A stretch of 64,000 nucleotides of DNA. It comes from an uncultured delta proteobacterium. GTDB taxonomy: Bacteria > Myxococcota > Myxococcia > Myxococcales > Anaeromyxobacteraceae. Below are positions 24,112 to 34,356 of the stretch, piece after piece; position 1 is the first letter of the stretch, and every line of letters begins with the position of its first letter. The stretch is from the NCBI GenBank assembly GCA_963766715.1, contig CAVYBH010000001.1:192001-256000 (forward strand). Direction: 5' to 3'. Made by a program: the position numbers and the translations under genes. The notes below the pieces were generated by a model. That model ran no database searches and was not told the origin of the DNA. It saw nothing but the letters and a program-made list of their open reading frames with translations.

Positions 24112-24145
24112 GCGGGCATCCTATCGGGCGGCGGGCGGCGGCACC

Positions 24146-25165
24146 TCATGCGCTTCGATCCGTCCGGCGCAGCAGCCAGAGGAAGAGCGGGCCGCCGAGC
24201 AGCGCGGTGAGCGCGCCCACCGGGGGCTCGGAGCCGAGCGGCAGGAAGGCCAGCCGGGCGGCCGCGTCGGCCAGCACCAGGAAGGCGGCGCCGAAGAGGG
24301 CCGAGGCCGGGAGCAGGATCCGGTGGTCCGGGCCGAAGAGGCGCCGGAGCAGGTGGGGCACGATGAGCCCGACGAAGCCGACCAGGCCGGCCAGCGCCAC
24401 CGCCGCGCCGGTGGCCAGGCTCGCGGCCAGGAAGACCAGCCCGCGGGAGCGTCCCACCTCGACGCCGAGGGAGGCGGCCTCGTCGTCGCCGAGCGAGAGC
24501 AGGTTGAGCTGCGCCGAGAGCGCCACCAGCACCGCCACCGCGACGCCGAGCAGGACCGCGCCGGCGACCAGCGTCCCGGGGTCGGCGTAGCCCACCGCCC
24601 CCATGAGCCAGTAGAGCAGCCGGGCCGCGTCCTCCGGCGGGACCATCACCTTCACGACCGTGATGACGCCGGCGGCGAAGGCGTTGAAGACCACGCCCAC
24701 GAGCAGCGCCGCCTCCGGCACCAGCTTCCCCCCGATGCGCCCCAGCGCGAAGACGAGCGCGGTGGAGGCGGCCGCGCCCACCGAGGCGCCCAGCGCCACC
24801 GACGTGCCCGAGCTGGCGAGCGATCCCAGCAGCGTGGCCGGCCCGATCACCGCGGACGCGGCCAGCGCCGCGGTTCCGCCCAGCGCGGCGCCGCCGGAGA
24901 CGCCCAGCACGAAGGGCTCGGCGAGCGGGTTGCGCAGCAGCGCCTGCAGGGCCACGCCGGCGGTGGCGAGCCCGGCCCCCACCATCGCCCCGAGCAGCAC
25001 CCGGGGCACGCGGAGGCCGAAGAGGATGGCGGCGTCGGGCTCCACGCCGGACAGGGCGGCGGAGAGCGAGACGGGCTGCGGGCCGAGCAGGAGCGCTGCG
25101 GCGCAGGAGCCGGCCAGGACCACGAGCCCGGCGCCGAGCGCCACGGGGAGCCGGCGGAGGATCAC
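24146..25165 (-). CDS. FecCD/BtuC-type ABC permease
   Basis: LRVPRV, QALLRNPLAEPFVLGVSGGA, GFVGLIVPH, PVGALTALLGGP. Confidence 0.9.
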   Translation of the reverse strand: MILRRLPVALGAGLVVLAGSCAAALLLGPQPVSLSAALSGVEPDAAILFGLRVPRVLLGAMVGAGLATAGVALQALLRNPLAEPFVLGVSGGAALGGTAALAASAVIGPATLLGSLASSGTSVALGASVGAAASTALVFALGRIGGKLVPEAALLVGVVFNAFAAGVITVVKVMVPPEDAARLLYWLMGAVGYADPGTLVAGAVLLGVAVAVLVALSAQLNLLSLGDDEAASLGVEVGRSRGLVFLAASLATGAAVALAGLVGFVGLIVPHLLRRLFGPDHRILLPASALFGAAFLVLADAAARLAFLPLGSEPPVGALTALLGGPLFLWLLRRTDRSA

Positions 25166-26093
25166 CGGACGCCGCCCTCCGCCGGGCCGCCCGGGGGGGC
25201 CGGGTGGAGCGCCGACTGCAGCTGCAGGAGCGCCGCGGGGAGCTGGGGCCCGGGGCGCAGCACCCGGTCGTCGGGGAGCCGGACCACGCGTCCGGCCTTC
25301 ACGGCGGGGATGGCGGCGAGGCGCCGGATGGCGTCGGCCGGCTCGTTCACGGCGGCGTCGATGACGAGGTCGGGGTCGTCGGCCACGGCCCGCTCGAGCG
25401 AGTAGATGGGCCAGGGCCGCTCGCCCTTCACCACGTTCTCCCCGCCGGCGATGCGCAGGAGCGCGTCGGGGTAGCTGCCCGGGCCGGCCACCACGAGCGG
25501 GTCCCGCCCCACCACGAGGAGCGTCCGGCGGCGGGGCAGCGCGCCCGCCCGGGCCTCTGCGGTGCGGACCGCCGACTCGAGCTGGGCGGCCAGCCGGTCG
25601 CCCGCCGCGGCGTTGCCGAGCGCCGCCCCGATCTCGCGGGCCGCCCGGAGCACGTCCGGGACGCCGACGACCGGGAGCGCCAGCACCGGCACGCCCAGGT
25701 CGGCGATCCGCCGCACCGCCGGCAGCGCGCCGCCGTCGGCCAGCCAGAGCACGAGGTCCGGGCGCAGCCCCAGCACCGCCTCCGGGCTGGGGTCGAGGAA
25801 GCCGCCCACGCGCGGCAGCGACTTCACCTCGGGTGCGGTGTCGTAGCGGGTCACCCCGACGAGCCGTCCGGCCTCGCCCAGCGCGATGACGGTGTCGGTG
25901 AGGCTCGGCGCGAGCGAGATCACCCGGACCGGGCGGGGCGGGGCCTTCGGGCCGAGCCAGGCCGGCTCGCCGCGCGAGAGGGGGAGCTCGCCGCCGGCCC
26001 GGCCCGCGACGGGCAGGAAGGCCAGGAAGGCAGGAGGATCGCCAGGAGGGCGGCGGCCGCGGTCCGGCCGAGGTGGGCGGTCTTCCCGATCAT
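25162..26093 (-). CDS. Periplasmic cobalamin-binding protein, BtuF-like (N-terminal frameshift)
   Basis: RVISLAPSLTD, LVGVTRY, VGGFLDPSPEAVLGLRPDLV, RPGP. Confidence 0.85.
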
Positions 26094-27387
26094 CTGCCGC
26101 AGGCGACGTCGGCCACGAAGCTGGAGCCGTTCAGGGAGGGGGCGCACACGAGCCCCTGGTCCGTGACGACCTTCGTGGCCGGGTCGAACCGGAACACATT
26201 GCCCGAGAACCGGTCGCCGACATAGGCCGTTCCGTTGCAGAAGGCGATCGCGCCGGGCGCGAAGGGCTTGGCCTGCGGGGTGGACAGGTCGAGCGCCGGG
26301 ACGGAGGCGCCCACCACCGGCACGGCCCCGGAGACGTTCACCGGGACGAAGGCGGCGCCGGTGATGTCGGAGGCGCTCGTGGCGGAGAACGGGAAGAAGC
26401 CGCACGTCACCCAGAGGGTCCCGTCCAGGATCGCGAGCCCGGCCGGGTCCAGGCAGGAGGCGCCCAGGTCCACCGGGTTCACTCCCGGGACGAGCGCGTC
26501 GGTGGCCGTGTCGATGACCGCCAGCCGGCCGTGTCCCGCCGGCGAGAAGCTCGAGTCCAGGTTCCAGAGGGTGACGTAGATCCGCGAGTCGACGGCCACG
26601 AGCCGCGAGGGCAGCGCGCTGGCGCCCGCGGCGGGGCCGGCCAGGGCCGAGAGGTCGATGGTCTTCGTGAGCCGCCGGGAGGCCAGGTCGACGACCGCGA
26701 CCCCGCTCGACCCGTTGAGGGCCACGTAGGCCTTGCTGCCCGAGAAGGCGATCCCCTGGGGGAAGGCGAAGGAGCCGAGCTGCACCTCGTCGACGATGGG
26801 CAGCGCCGCCGCCGGGTCCACGATCACGAGCGAGCTCACGGCGGCGTTCGAGGCGTACAGGAGGCCGTTCCACTCGGCGAGGAACTCCAGGTCGGAGAAG
26901 TTCCCGCTCACCGGGATGCTCACGGTGGGGAGCGGCCCGTCGGCGGTGAGGCCGGCCGGGGAGACGCCCAGCCGGTCGAGCGTGTTGCTGATGGAGTTCG
27001 CGACCCAGAGGGACGATCCGCGCCAGGCGAGCGAGATCGGGCCCGACTCCACCGCCACCGGGGCGCCCACCGGGACCACCGCCGCGGTGGCTCCCTGGAT
27101 CTCGCTCCCGTTGAAGCAGGCGGCGTAGACCGCGGGCGGACACTGGCTGCCCTGGCAGCAGAGCCCCGCCGAGCAGCTCTCGCCCGATCCGCAGGCCCGG
27201 CCGCAGGCGCCGCAGTTGGCGGGGTCGGCGGCGAGCGTGACGCACTGGCCGCCGCAGGTCACCTGGGCGGTGGTGCAGACCACCTCGGTCTTGCAGGCGC
27301 TGGCGGCGAGGGCGACGAGGAGGACGGCGGCGAGGCGGCGGCCGGGCGGGCAGCGGCGAGGCGGGCAGCGGCGAGGCGGGGGATCAT
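26090..27387 (-). CDS. Lipoprotein with MXAN_6577-like Cys-rich repeat and YncE-like beta-propeller (frameshift near 27340)
   Basis: Lipobox LAASAC; CV.L.ADPANCGACGRAC repeat; propeller blades FPQGIAF..KAYVA and AVIDTATD. Confidence 0.7.
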
Positions 27388-27391
27388 GGCG

Positions 27392-29313
27392 TCAGTTCTC
27401 CGGGGAGGACCCGACCCTCAGCGTGACGAGGAGGGTGCGGGAGGGAAGGGGATAACCGAAGCCGTCCTGCAAGGTCCGGTCGTCGAGGAGGTTCTTCACC
27501 TCCACGCCGATGCGGATCTCCGGGCTCCGGAGGATGCGGGCGAAGGCCCCGGCGTTCACCACCAGGCTGGCTGGGACCGAGTGGAGGTTGCGGGCGTCGA
27601 GGTACTGGAGGCCGACGTACTGGGCCTCGAGGTGGCCGCCGGCCGGGCCCGGGTCGACCGACACGCGGGCGAAGGCCCGGTTGCGGGGGCGCTGGGGGAG
27701 CTCCATGCCCACCACGCCCGGCACGCCGCGCAGCTCCTTCGTGGCCAGGAACGTGTACGAGACCTGCCCCTGGAGGTTCCAGAGGTCCTTGGCCGCGGCC
27801 GAGACGAGCTCCACCTCGGCGCCGGCCGCCGACGCCCGCGAGGCGTTCTGCGGCTTGAAGCTCCCGGGCACCCGGCCGGTCACGTACACGATGAGGTCGT
27901 CGTAGAGGGTGCCGAAGCCGCCCAGGCTGGCCCGGCCCAGCGGCCCGTCGTAGACGACCGCGCCGTCCACGCTCCAGGCCACCTCGGGGCGGAGGTCGGG
28001 GTTGGGCTCGAAGGGGCCCTGCACGAGGTAGAGCTCGGAGAAGCTGGGCGGGCGGAAGGATCGTCCGCCGCTCAGGCGCACCGACCAGGGGCCGTCGATG
28101 CGGGCGCTGGCGCCGAGCTTGCCCGACCACCCCACGAAGGAGCCCACCCCGTCGACGCGCAGCGCCGGCGAGATGCGGGCCTGGTCCTTCCCGATGGTGA
28201 AGTCGTCGGCGGCCCAGGCGGCCAGCGTGGGGCGCTGGTGGTCGCCGCTGGCCGTCGAGTCGAGCCGCTCGTAGGAGGCGAGCACGCCGGCGGTGAGCTG
28301 GCTCGGGCCGGCCTCCCAGGTGACCCGCGCGTCGCCCCCGCCCGACAGGTCCACCTGGTCGGTCGCTCCCGCGCCGCCCGGGGGGGCGATCCACACGTCG
28401 AGGCTCTCGCGCCCGTCCGGCCGCGCCGACCTGGAAGGTGAGGCCGGAGCCGGCCAGGTGCGACCAGCGCACCGCGCCCGGACGCCCGGCCGCCCCGCTG
28501 CCAGTCGAGCGGCGTGGGGCTCGCGGGGACGCCCGGCAGCTGCCGCCAGCCCCAGGAGAGCTGGAGGACCCCGTCCAGGCGGTCGGGACCGGGCGTGTAC
28601 CGGCCCTTCAGGAGGAGCCCGCCCTGCGCGGCGGCGTCGTTCTGCCGGATCTGCTGCACGAGCGGGCTGCCCGGGACCGACGGGTCGACCGGGGTGAGGA
28701 AGGGGAAGTCGCCGGCGGTCGAGCTGGCGGTGAGCGCGCCGACGAGCGCCCAGTGGTCGCCGCCGACGCCCACGTCGGCGACGGCGGACGCGGTCCCGAA
28801 GGAGCCGCCGGTGATCTCCGCGCCCCACTTCCCGTCCACCGCCGGCAGCGTGACCACGTTCACCGCGCCGCCCAGCGCGCCGGCGCCGTAGTAGGCCCCC
28901 TCGGCGCCCCGCACCACCTCCACCCGGTCCACCCAGTGCAGCGGGATGGACGAGAGGTCCACGCCGCCGCCGGCGGCCGTGTCGAGAGGGATGCCGTCGA
29001 GGAGGATGAGCACGCCGCCCGAGGTCGAGCCCCGGATGGAGAGGGTGGAGAGCTGCCCCAGGCCGCCGTAGCCGCGGATGGCGACGCCGGGCGCGGTGGC
29101 GGCCAGCTCGGCGACGCCCTTCAGCTCGCCGGCGAACCGGGCGGCCTCGACCACCGTGGCGGACGCGGTGGGGTCCTGCGGGGCGGGGGCCCGCGGCAAG
29201 GGGACCACCACCTCCTCGAGGAGGACGGGAGGGGGAGCGTCGGCGCCCAGGGCCATCCGGCCCCATGTCACGGCGAGTGCAATGAGCACCCGGCGCGCGT
29301 CGATCTGTCGCAT
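27392..29313 (-). CDS. btuB: TonB-dependent receptor, BtuB-like (frameshifts near 28400-28500)
   Basis: Plug motifs LSIRGS..VLILLDG and RVEVVRG....YGAGALGGAVN; NPDLRPE; VKNLLD; lies under a cobalamin riboswitch. Confidence 0.8.
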
Positions 29314-29374
29314 CGTCCTGCGCGTCTCCTTCGGACGCGGGAACGTCGGCCGCGAGAGATTCGCGGCCAGGCCC

Positions 29375-29545
29375 GAGGGGAGGTCTCCTGGCTTCCAAGG
29401 GACGGCTCGAGGCCGTCAGCGCCTGCCACCTTCCCGCCGCGCGTGCGCGACAGTGGTGACGAACCGCAGGCACCTGCTCCCTGGCTACAGTGGCGGGACC
29501 GCGCCGGACTTCGACCGGCTTCCCTGATCCCCCGGGCGGGGATGT
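29375..29545 (-). promoter_or_regulatory. Cobalamin riboswitch
   Basis: Minus strand reads GGGAAGCCGGTCGAAGTCCGGCGCGGTCCCGCCACTGT...CCACTG...GGGAAGG...AAGCCAGGAGACCT (B12 box). Confidence 0.92.
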
Positions 29546-29551
29546 CCCGCG

Positions 29552-29580
29552 GTGGTAGCCCCTGGACACGGGGGTGTCAA
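29552..29580 (-). promoter_or_regulatory. sigma70-type promoter of the btu operon
   Basis: TTGACA-17 nt-TACCAC immediately upstream of the riboswitch. Confidence 0.6.
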
Positions 29581-29838
29581 GGACGGCCCGGAGTGGCCGG
29601 GGAACCCGCGCGCGCCACCGGTCCGGCGCCTTCCGGGCGTCGCTCAGGCGCCTTCCGGCCCGGTTCGGGCGTCCATCGGCCGTCCGTGGCCTTCGCCCCG
29701 GCCGGGTGGGTCCGGGAGGTTCCCGGCGGGGGGCCCCGGCCTTTCACTTGCTTCGGGGCTCGCATCTACCTAGGTCTCCCGCCACGCTTCGATAGGCAAG
29801 GCGGAGCGAAGGTTCGCGATGTCGTAGGCAGGAAAACG

Positions 29839-29854
29839 TGGCAGGTAGCTCGCA
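29839..29854 (+). promoter_or_regulatory. Putative sigma54 promoter
   Basis: TGGCAGGTAGCTCGCA = GG-N10-GC upstream of the lipoprotein gene at 29911. Confidence 0.45.
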
Positions 29855-29910
29855 TTTTATTCGACGCAACGGCGTCGCGCGCTGCCGCCCTTGAATTCAC
29901 TGGAGGTTTC

Positions 29911-30814
29911 ATGCGCAGGATCGCTCTTCTCACGGCCGTCGCCGTCCTCGCCGCCTGCGGCGGCAGCAGCACCACCACGGGCACCGGCTACCTTCGGGTG
30001 GCGAACCTCTCGCCCGACCTGGGCGCCCTCGACTTCTGCGTGTTCCCCAGCGGCGGAGCCGTCGGGAGCCCGGTGATGGCATCGGTCAGCAATAACCTCG
30101 GGGCCGCCGGCCTGGTCGCCGCCAGCGACGCCACCGACCTGTCCGAGGGCGGGTTCGCCGTCTCCCGGTACTTCGCGTACACGGAGGGGACGTACGACGT
30201 GGTCGTCTACCAGAAGGGCCTGCTCGGCGCGAGCTGCGCGAATCCGCTCCTCACCGTGAGCAACGTCTCGCTCGGCGCCAACGCCTACAAGCTCATCGCG
30301 GCCGTCGGCATGACGGGCGCCACCGGGGCCGCCCACGCGCTCGTGACCTTCACCGACGAGAAGACGGTCAGCGCCTCCAACGTCCTCATCCGCTTCGTCA
30401 ACGCCGGCATCCTCGCGCTGCCCGGCGCGGCGCCCGTCCCGCTGCCGGCGATCGACGTCGGCGTCACCACCGCCTCGGCCGGCTACCAGGTCCTCTTCAC
30501 GCAACATCGCCTATCCCGGCAAGGCCGCCGCGGTCACTCCCGTCGACGCGAACGGCTACGCCGACGTCGCGGCCGCCAGCTTCTCCGGCGCCGTCAGTCT
30601 GACCGTGTGCCCGGCCGGCCTGACCCCGGCGTCGCTGCAGTGCCAGAACACGGCCATCGCCTCCGGCGTGATCACCGGCGGCGTCGTCGCCAGCGCCTAC
30701 GTCATCGGCCTGGCCGGCGTCCCGCCCAATGCGCTGCTCTGCGGCGACAACACGACCATCCCGCCCATCGGCGGCGTGACCTGGCCGTACTCGGCCTGCA
30801 CCGTCAATCCGTAG
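29911..30814 (+). CDS. DUF4397-like lipoprotein (frameshift near 30500)
   Basis: SD GGAGG; lipobox LAAC; LRVANLSPD..ALDFC and IRFVNA motifs. Confidence 0.7.
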
Positions 30815-30830
30815 GACGCTTCGCGAACCC

Positions 30831-30867
30831 AGGCCCGGCGAGCGCTCGCTCGCCGGGCCTTTCCTTG
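30831..30867 (+). terminator. Rho-independent terminator
   Basis: AGGCCCGGCGAGCG/CGCTCGCCGGGCCT hairpin followed by TTCCTT, between convergent genes. Confidence 0.7.
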
Positions 30868-30871
30868 TCCG

Positions 30872-31222
30872 CTAGCCGCCCTTGGCCGTCCGGGCCGGCT
30901 CGGCGGGCCGCGCCGGCGCCGGCGCCTCCCCGACGGTCAGCACCCCCTTCATCTTCGAGAACCAGGCGGGGCTCATCCCCTTCACGCGCAGGATCTCGTC
31001 CGCCTTCTTGAAGGGGCGCTTGTCCCGCGCGGCCACGATGGCCTCGGCGCGCTTCTTCCCGACGCCGGGCAGGCGCATCAGCTCGGCGGCGGTGGCGGAG
31101 TTGAGGTCCACCCGCTCACCCGGGGAGAGGGGCTTCTTCTGGGCCTCGGCGGGCAGGGCCACGAGGAGGGCCAGCAGGGCGAGCAGCCCGAGCAGCGGCG
31201 AATGGCCGCGAGCCGGGCTCAC
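30872..31222 (-). CDS. comEA: ComEA-family helix-hairpin-helix DNA receptor
   Basis: Signal peptide; VDLNSATAAELMRLPGVGKKRAEAIV...F...EILRVKG; GTG overlaps the upstream TGA. Confidence 0.85.
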   Translation of the reverse strand: MSPARGHSPLLGLLALLALLVALPAEAQKKPLSPGERVDLNSATAAELMRLPGVGKKRAEAIVAARDKRPFKKADEILRVKGMSPAWFSKMKGVLTVGEAPAPARPAEPARTAKGG

Positions 31223-31482
31223 GTGCGCGCCTCCTCCGCGGACGGGGCGTGGCCGCCCTTGCCGTTGCCGGCCTGGGCGTCCTCCGGGAAGCGCTGCTCG
31301 CGGATCTGCAGCCGGTTGGTGCTCGCCGGGAAGGCGTCGAGCACCACCGTGAGGCTGCCGTCCCGGTTGGTGAATGCGGCCCCCACCTTCATCCAGTAGG
31401 GCTTTCCTCCGTCCTTGCGGTCGAGGACCGCGAAGACGGAGAGGGGCTTGCGGCCGGTGGGGCCGCCGTTCGAGTCGGTCAT
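31219..31482 (-). CDS. Small conserved beta-rich protein (putative ssDNA-binding)
   Basis: 87 aa; YWMKVGAAFTNRDGSLTVVLDAFP..RLQIRE core; good SD; function inferred. Confidence 0.65.
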   Translation of the reverse strand: MTDSNGGPTGRKPLSVFAVLDRKDGGKPYWMKVGAAFTNRDGSLTVVLDAFPASTNRLQIREQRFPEDAQAGNGKGGHAPSAEEART

Positions 31483-31521
31483 GGTCGGTTCTCCCTTGCT
31501 GCGGGTTCACCGAGCCGGGAG

Positions 31522-31537
31522 AGCAACGCGCGTGCCC
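31522..31537 (-). promoter_or_regulatory. Putative sigma54 promoter of the small protein-comEA operon
   Basis: Minus strand GGGCACGCGCGTTGCT; one mismatch to TGGCACGN4TTGCW. Confidence 0.75.
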
Positions 31538-31635
31538 GCGCCGAGGCCGCGATCGCGGCCGGGCGATCCCCGTCGCAGGTCCGGGAGGCGGACCGCGGTT
31601 CGGAGGACGGCCGGCCGGGCCGCCTGACCGCCGGG

Positions 31636-31954
31636 CTAGTTCGCGCCGGGGAGGCGCGCGAAATGGGGCGACGGCGTGGCGTCCACCGTTCCGAAGATCG
31701 ACTCGTAGCGGGTCAGGTTCTCCTGCATCGCGATGAGCAGCCGCTTCATGTGGCGGGGCGTCAGGATGGCCCGGGCGCGGACGGTGGCCTTGGGCGCCTC
31801 GGGGTGCAGGTAGAGCAGGTCGAGCGTGAACTCGCTGTCGGTGTGGTTCACCATGGCGAAGTTGACGAAGACGCCGTTGGCGGTGGCGGGGTCGATCTCG
31901 ATCTGGACCTGGACCTGCTGGGAGCGCGGGCGGCGTGGCGGGCTTGTCGGACAT
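31636..31954 (-). CDS. DUF3467-like protein (frameshift near 31925)
   Basis: IEIDP..ANGVFVNFAMVNHTDSEFTLD, RAILTPRHMKRL, YESIFG. Confidence 0.75.
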
Positions 31955-32016
31955 GGCGGGAGCGTACCTCGGAAAGGCCGGTGCGGGGCGTCCGGCCCCC
32001 GTGCTAAGGGACCCGG

Positions 32017-32832
32017 GTGGCTGCACGCGACCAGGCCCGGGGCGACGGCGCCCCGTTCGACCTCCCCGGACGGCCGGGCGGGACGGACGCGGCCCTGCTC
32101 CTGCACGGGCTCACCGGCACGCCCTTCGAGCTCCGGCCGGTGGCCGAGCGGCTCGCCCACGCCGGCGTGCGCTGCCTGGCCCCGGTGCTGCCCGGCCACG
32201 AGAGCCCCGACGCGCTGGCCCGGACCTCCTGGCTCGACTGGGTGGCCGGCGGCCGCGAGGCGCTCGCCGCCCTCGGGGAGACCCGGCGCACGATGATCGT
32301 CGGGTCGTCGATGGGGGCGCTCGTCGCCTGCGCGCTGGCGGCGGAGAGCCCGGGCCGGGTGGACGGCCTCGCGCTCCTCGCCCCGGCGCTCGAGCTCATG
32401 CCGCTGGGGAACCTGGCCGGCTGGCTGGCCGGCCACACGCCGCTCGCCCGCCTCGTCCCGCACATCCCCAAGCGCGGCGGCTCCGACGTCTCCGACCCCG
32501 CCATGCGCGCCGCCAACCCCTGCATGGACGCGGTCCCCTTCCGCGCCGTGGCCGAGCTCCAGGCCTTCCAGCGCCACGTCGACGCGCTGCTCCCGCGGGT
32601 CCGCTGCCCGGCGCTCGTGGTGGCCGGCGCGCTCGACGGCACGGTGACGGTGGCCGGGGCGCGGCGCATGGCCGGCCGCCTGGGCGGGGGGGCGCGCTTC
32701 GTGGTGCTCCAGCGCAGCCGCCACCTGGTGGGCATCGACGTCGAGCGGGACCGCTGCGCCGCCGACGTGTCCTCCTTCTTCGACTCCATTCCGGCGCGCG
32801 GCGGCAGCCGCGTCGCCCCGACGGCGAGGTGA
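32017..32832 (+). CDS. Alpha/beta hydrolase (carboxylesterase-like)
   Basis: LLHGLTG, LPGH, GSSMG nucleophile elbow, D and H catalytic positions. Confidence 0.85.
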   Translation: MAARDQARGDGAPFDLPGRPGGTDAALLLHGLTGTPFELRPVAERLAHAGVRCLAPVLPGHESPDALARTSWLDWVAGGREALAALGETRRTMIVGSSMGALVACALAAESPGRVDGLALLAPALELMPLGNLAGWLAGHTPLARLVPHIPKRGGSDVSDPAMRAANPCMDAVPFRAVAELQAFQRHVDALLPRVRCPALVVAGALDGTVTVAGARRMAGRLGGGARFVVLQRSRHLVGIDVERDRCAADVSSFFDSIPARGGSRVAPTAR

Positions 32833-32835
32833 CGC

Positions 32836-34315
32836 ATGGCGAAGTACGTCGTGGCCATCGATCAGGGCACCACCGGCACCACCGTGCTCGTGCTCGACAA
32901 GAAGCTCGGCGTGAAGAGCAAGGTCACCCAGGAGTTCCCGCAGCACTTCCCGAAGCCGGGATGGGTGGAGCACGACCTCGAGGAGATTCTGGGACTCGAC
33001 CACCTCCACGCTGCGCCGCGCCCTCTCCCGCGCCGGCGTGTCCGGGCGCGACGTGGCGGCGGTCGGGCTCACCAACCAGCGCGAGACCGTGGCGCTGTGG
33101 AGCCGCCGCAGCGACGCCCCGCTCGCCCGGGCCATCGTCTGGCAGGACCGGCGCACCGCCATCGACTGCCAGCGGCTCCGCGAGGCCGGGCGGGAGCCCT
33201 GGATCCGGGAGCGCACCGGGCTCGTGCTCGACCCGTACTTCTCGGCCACCAAGCTGGCCTGGCTCCTCGACCACGTGAAGGGGGCGCGCAGCCGGGCCCG
33301 CAAGGGCGAGCTGGCCTTCGGGACCATCGACACCTTCCTGGCCTGGCGGCTCACCGGGGGGAAGGCCCACGTCACCGACCCGTCGAACGCCAGCCGCACC
33401 ATGCTGATGAACCTGCGCACGCTGGCCTGGGACCCGGAGCTGCTCGAGCTGTTCGGGATCCCGTCCGAGGTGCTGCCCGAGATCCGGATGAGCTCGGAGG
33501 TCTACGGCACGACGAAGGGGCTGCGGGTGCTCCCCGACGGCGTGCCGGTGGCGGGCATCGCCGGCGACCAGCAGGCGGCGCTCTTCGGCCAGGCCTGCTT
33601 CACCCCGGGTGACGCCAAGATCACCTACGGCACCGGCGCCTTCGTGCTCGCCAACACCGGCCCCGAGCCGGTGACCTCCCGGTTCGGGCTGCTCACCACG
33701 GTGGCCTGGTCCATCCCGGGCGAGGTGGCCTACGCGCTCGAGGGCTCGGCCTTCATCGCCGGCGCCGCCGTGCAGTGGCTCCGCGACGGGCTGGGGATCA
33801 TCCGCAGCGCCTCCGAGGTGGAGGCGCTGGCGCGCACCGTGCCCGACACCGGCGGGGTGGTCTTCGTGCCGGCCCTCACCGGCCTGGGCGCCCCCCACTG
33901 GCGCGCCGACGCCCGCGGCCTCATCTCCGGCATCGACCGGGGCACCCGCGCCGGGCACCTGGCCCGGGCGGCGCTCGAGGGCATCGCACTGGAGGTGTAC
34001 GACCTGGTCACCGCCATGCGCCAGGAGATCCCCCACCGGCCCACGGCGGCGAAGGTCGACGGCGGCGCGTGCAAGAACGACCTGCTCATGCAGCTGCAGG
34101 CCGACCTGCTCGACGTCCCGGTGGTCCGGCCGAAGATGGTGGAGACCACCTCGCTCGGCGCCGCCTTCCTGGCGGGGCTGGCGGTGGGCTACTGGAAGTC
34201 GCGCGACGAGATTGGCCGGGCCTGGAAGATGGACCGGCGCTTCAAGCCGAGGATGAGCGGGGAGGCCCGCGACCGCATGCACGAGCGCTGGAAGCGGGCG
34301 CTCGAGCGGGCCTGA
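32836..34315 (+). CDS. glpK: Glycerol kinase (frameshift near 32990)
   Basis: [53 protein letters not shown]. Confidence 0.93.
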
Positions 34316-34356
34316 CCTCACGGGAGGGGGGAGGCGGCGAGGGCCGCCGCGGCGGA

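Noticed and set aside
27344..27378. 15-bp tandem repeat as a CRISPR or regulatory repeat
   Set aside because: Only two copies, encoding RLAAA twice in a signal peptide region. No spacer array or cas genes were seen anywhere in the window.
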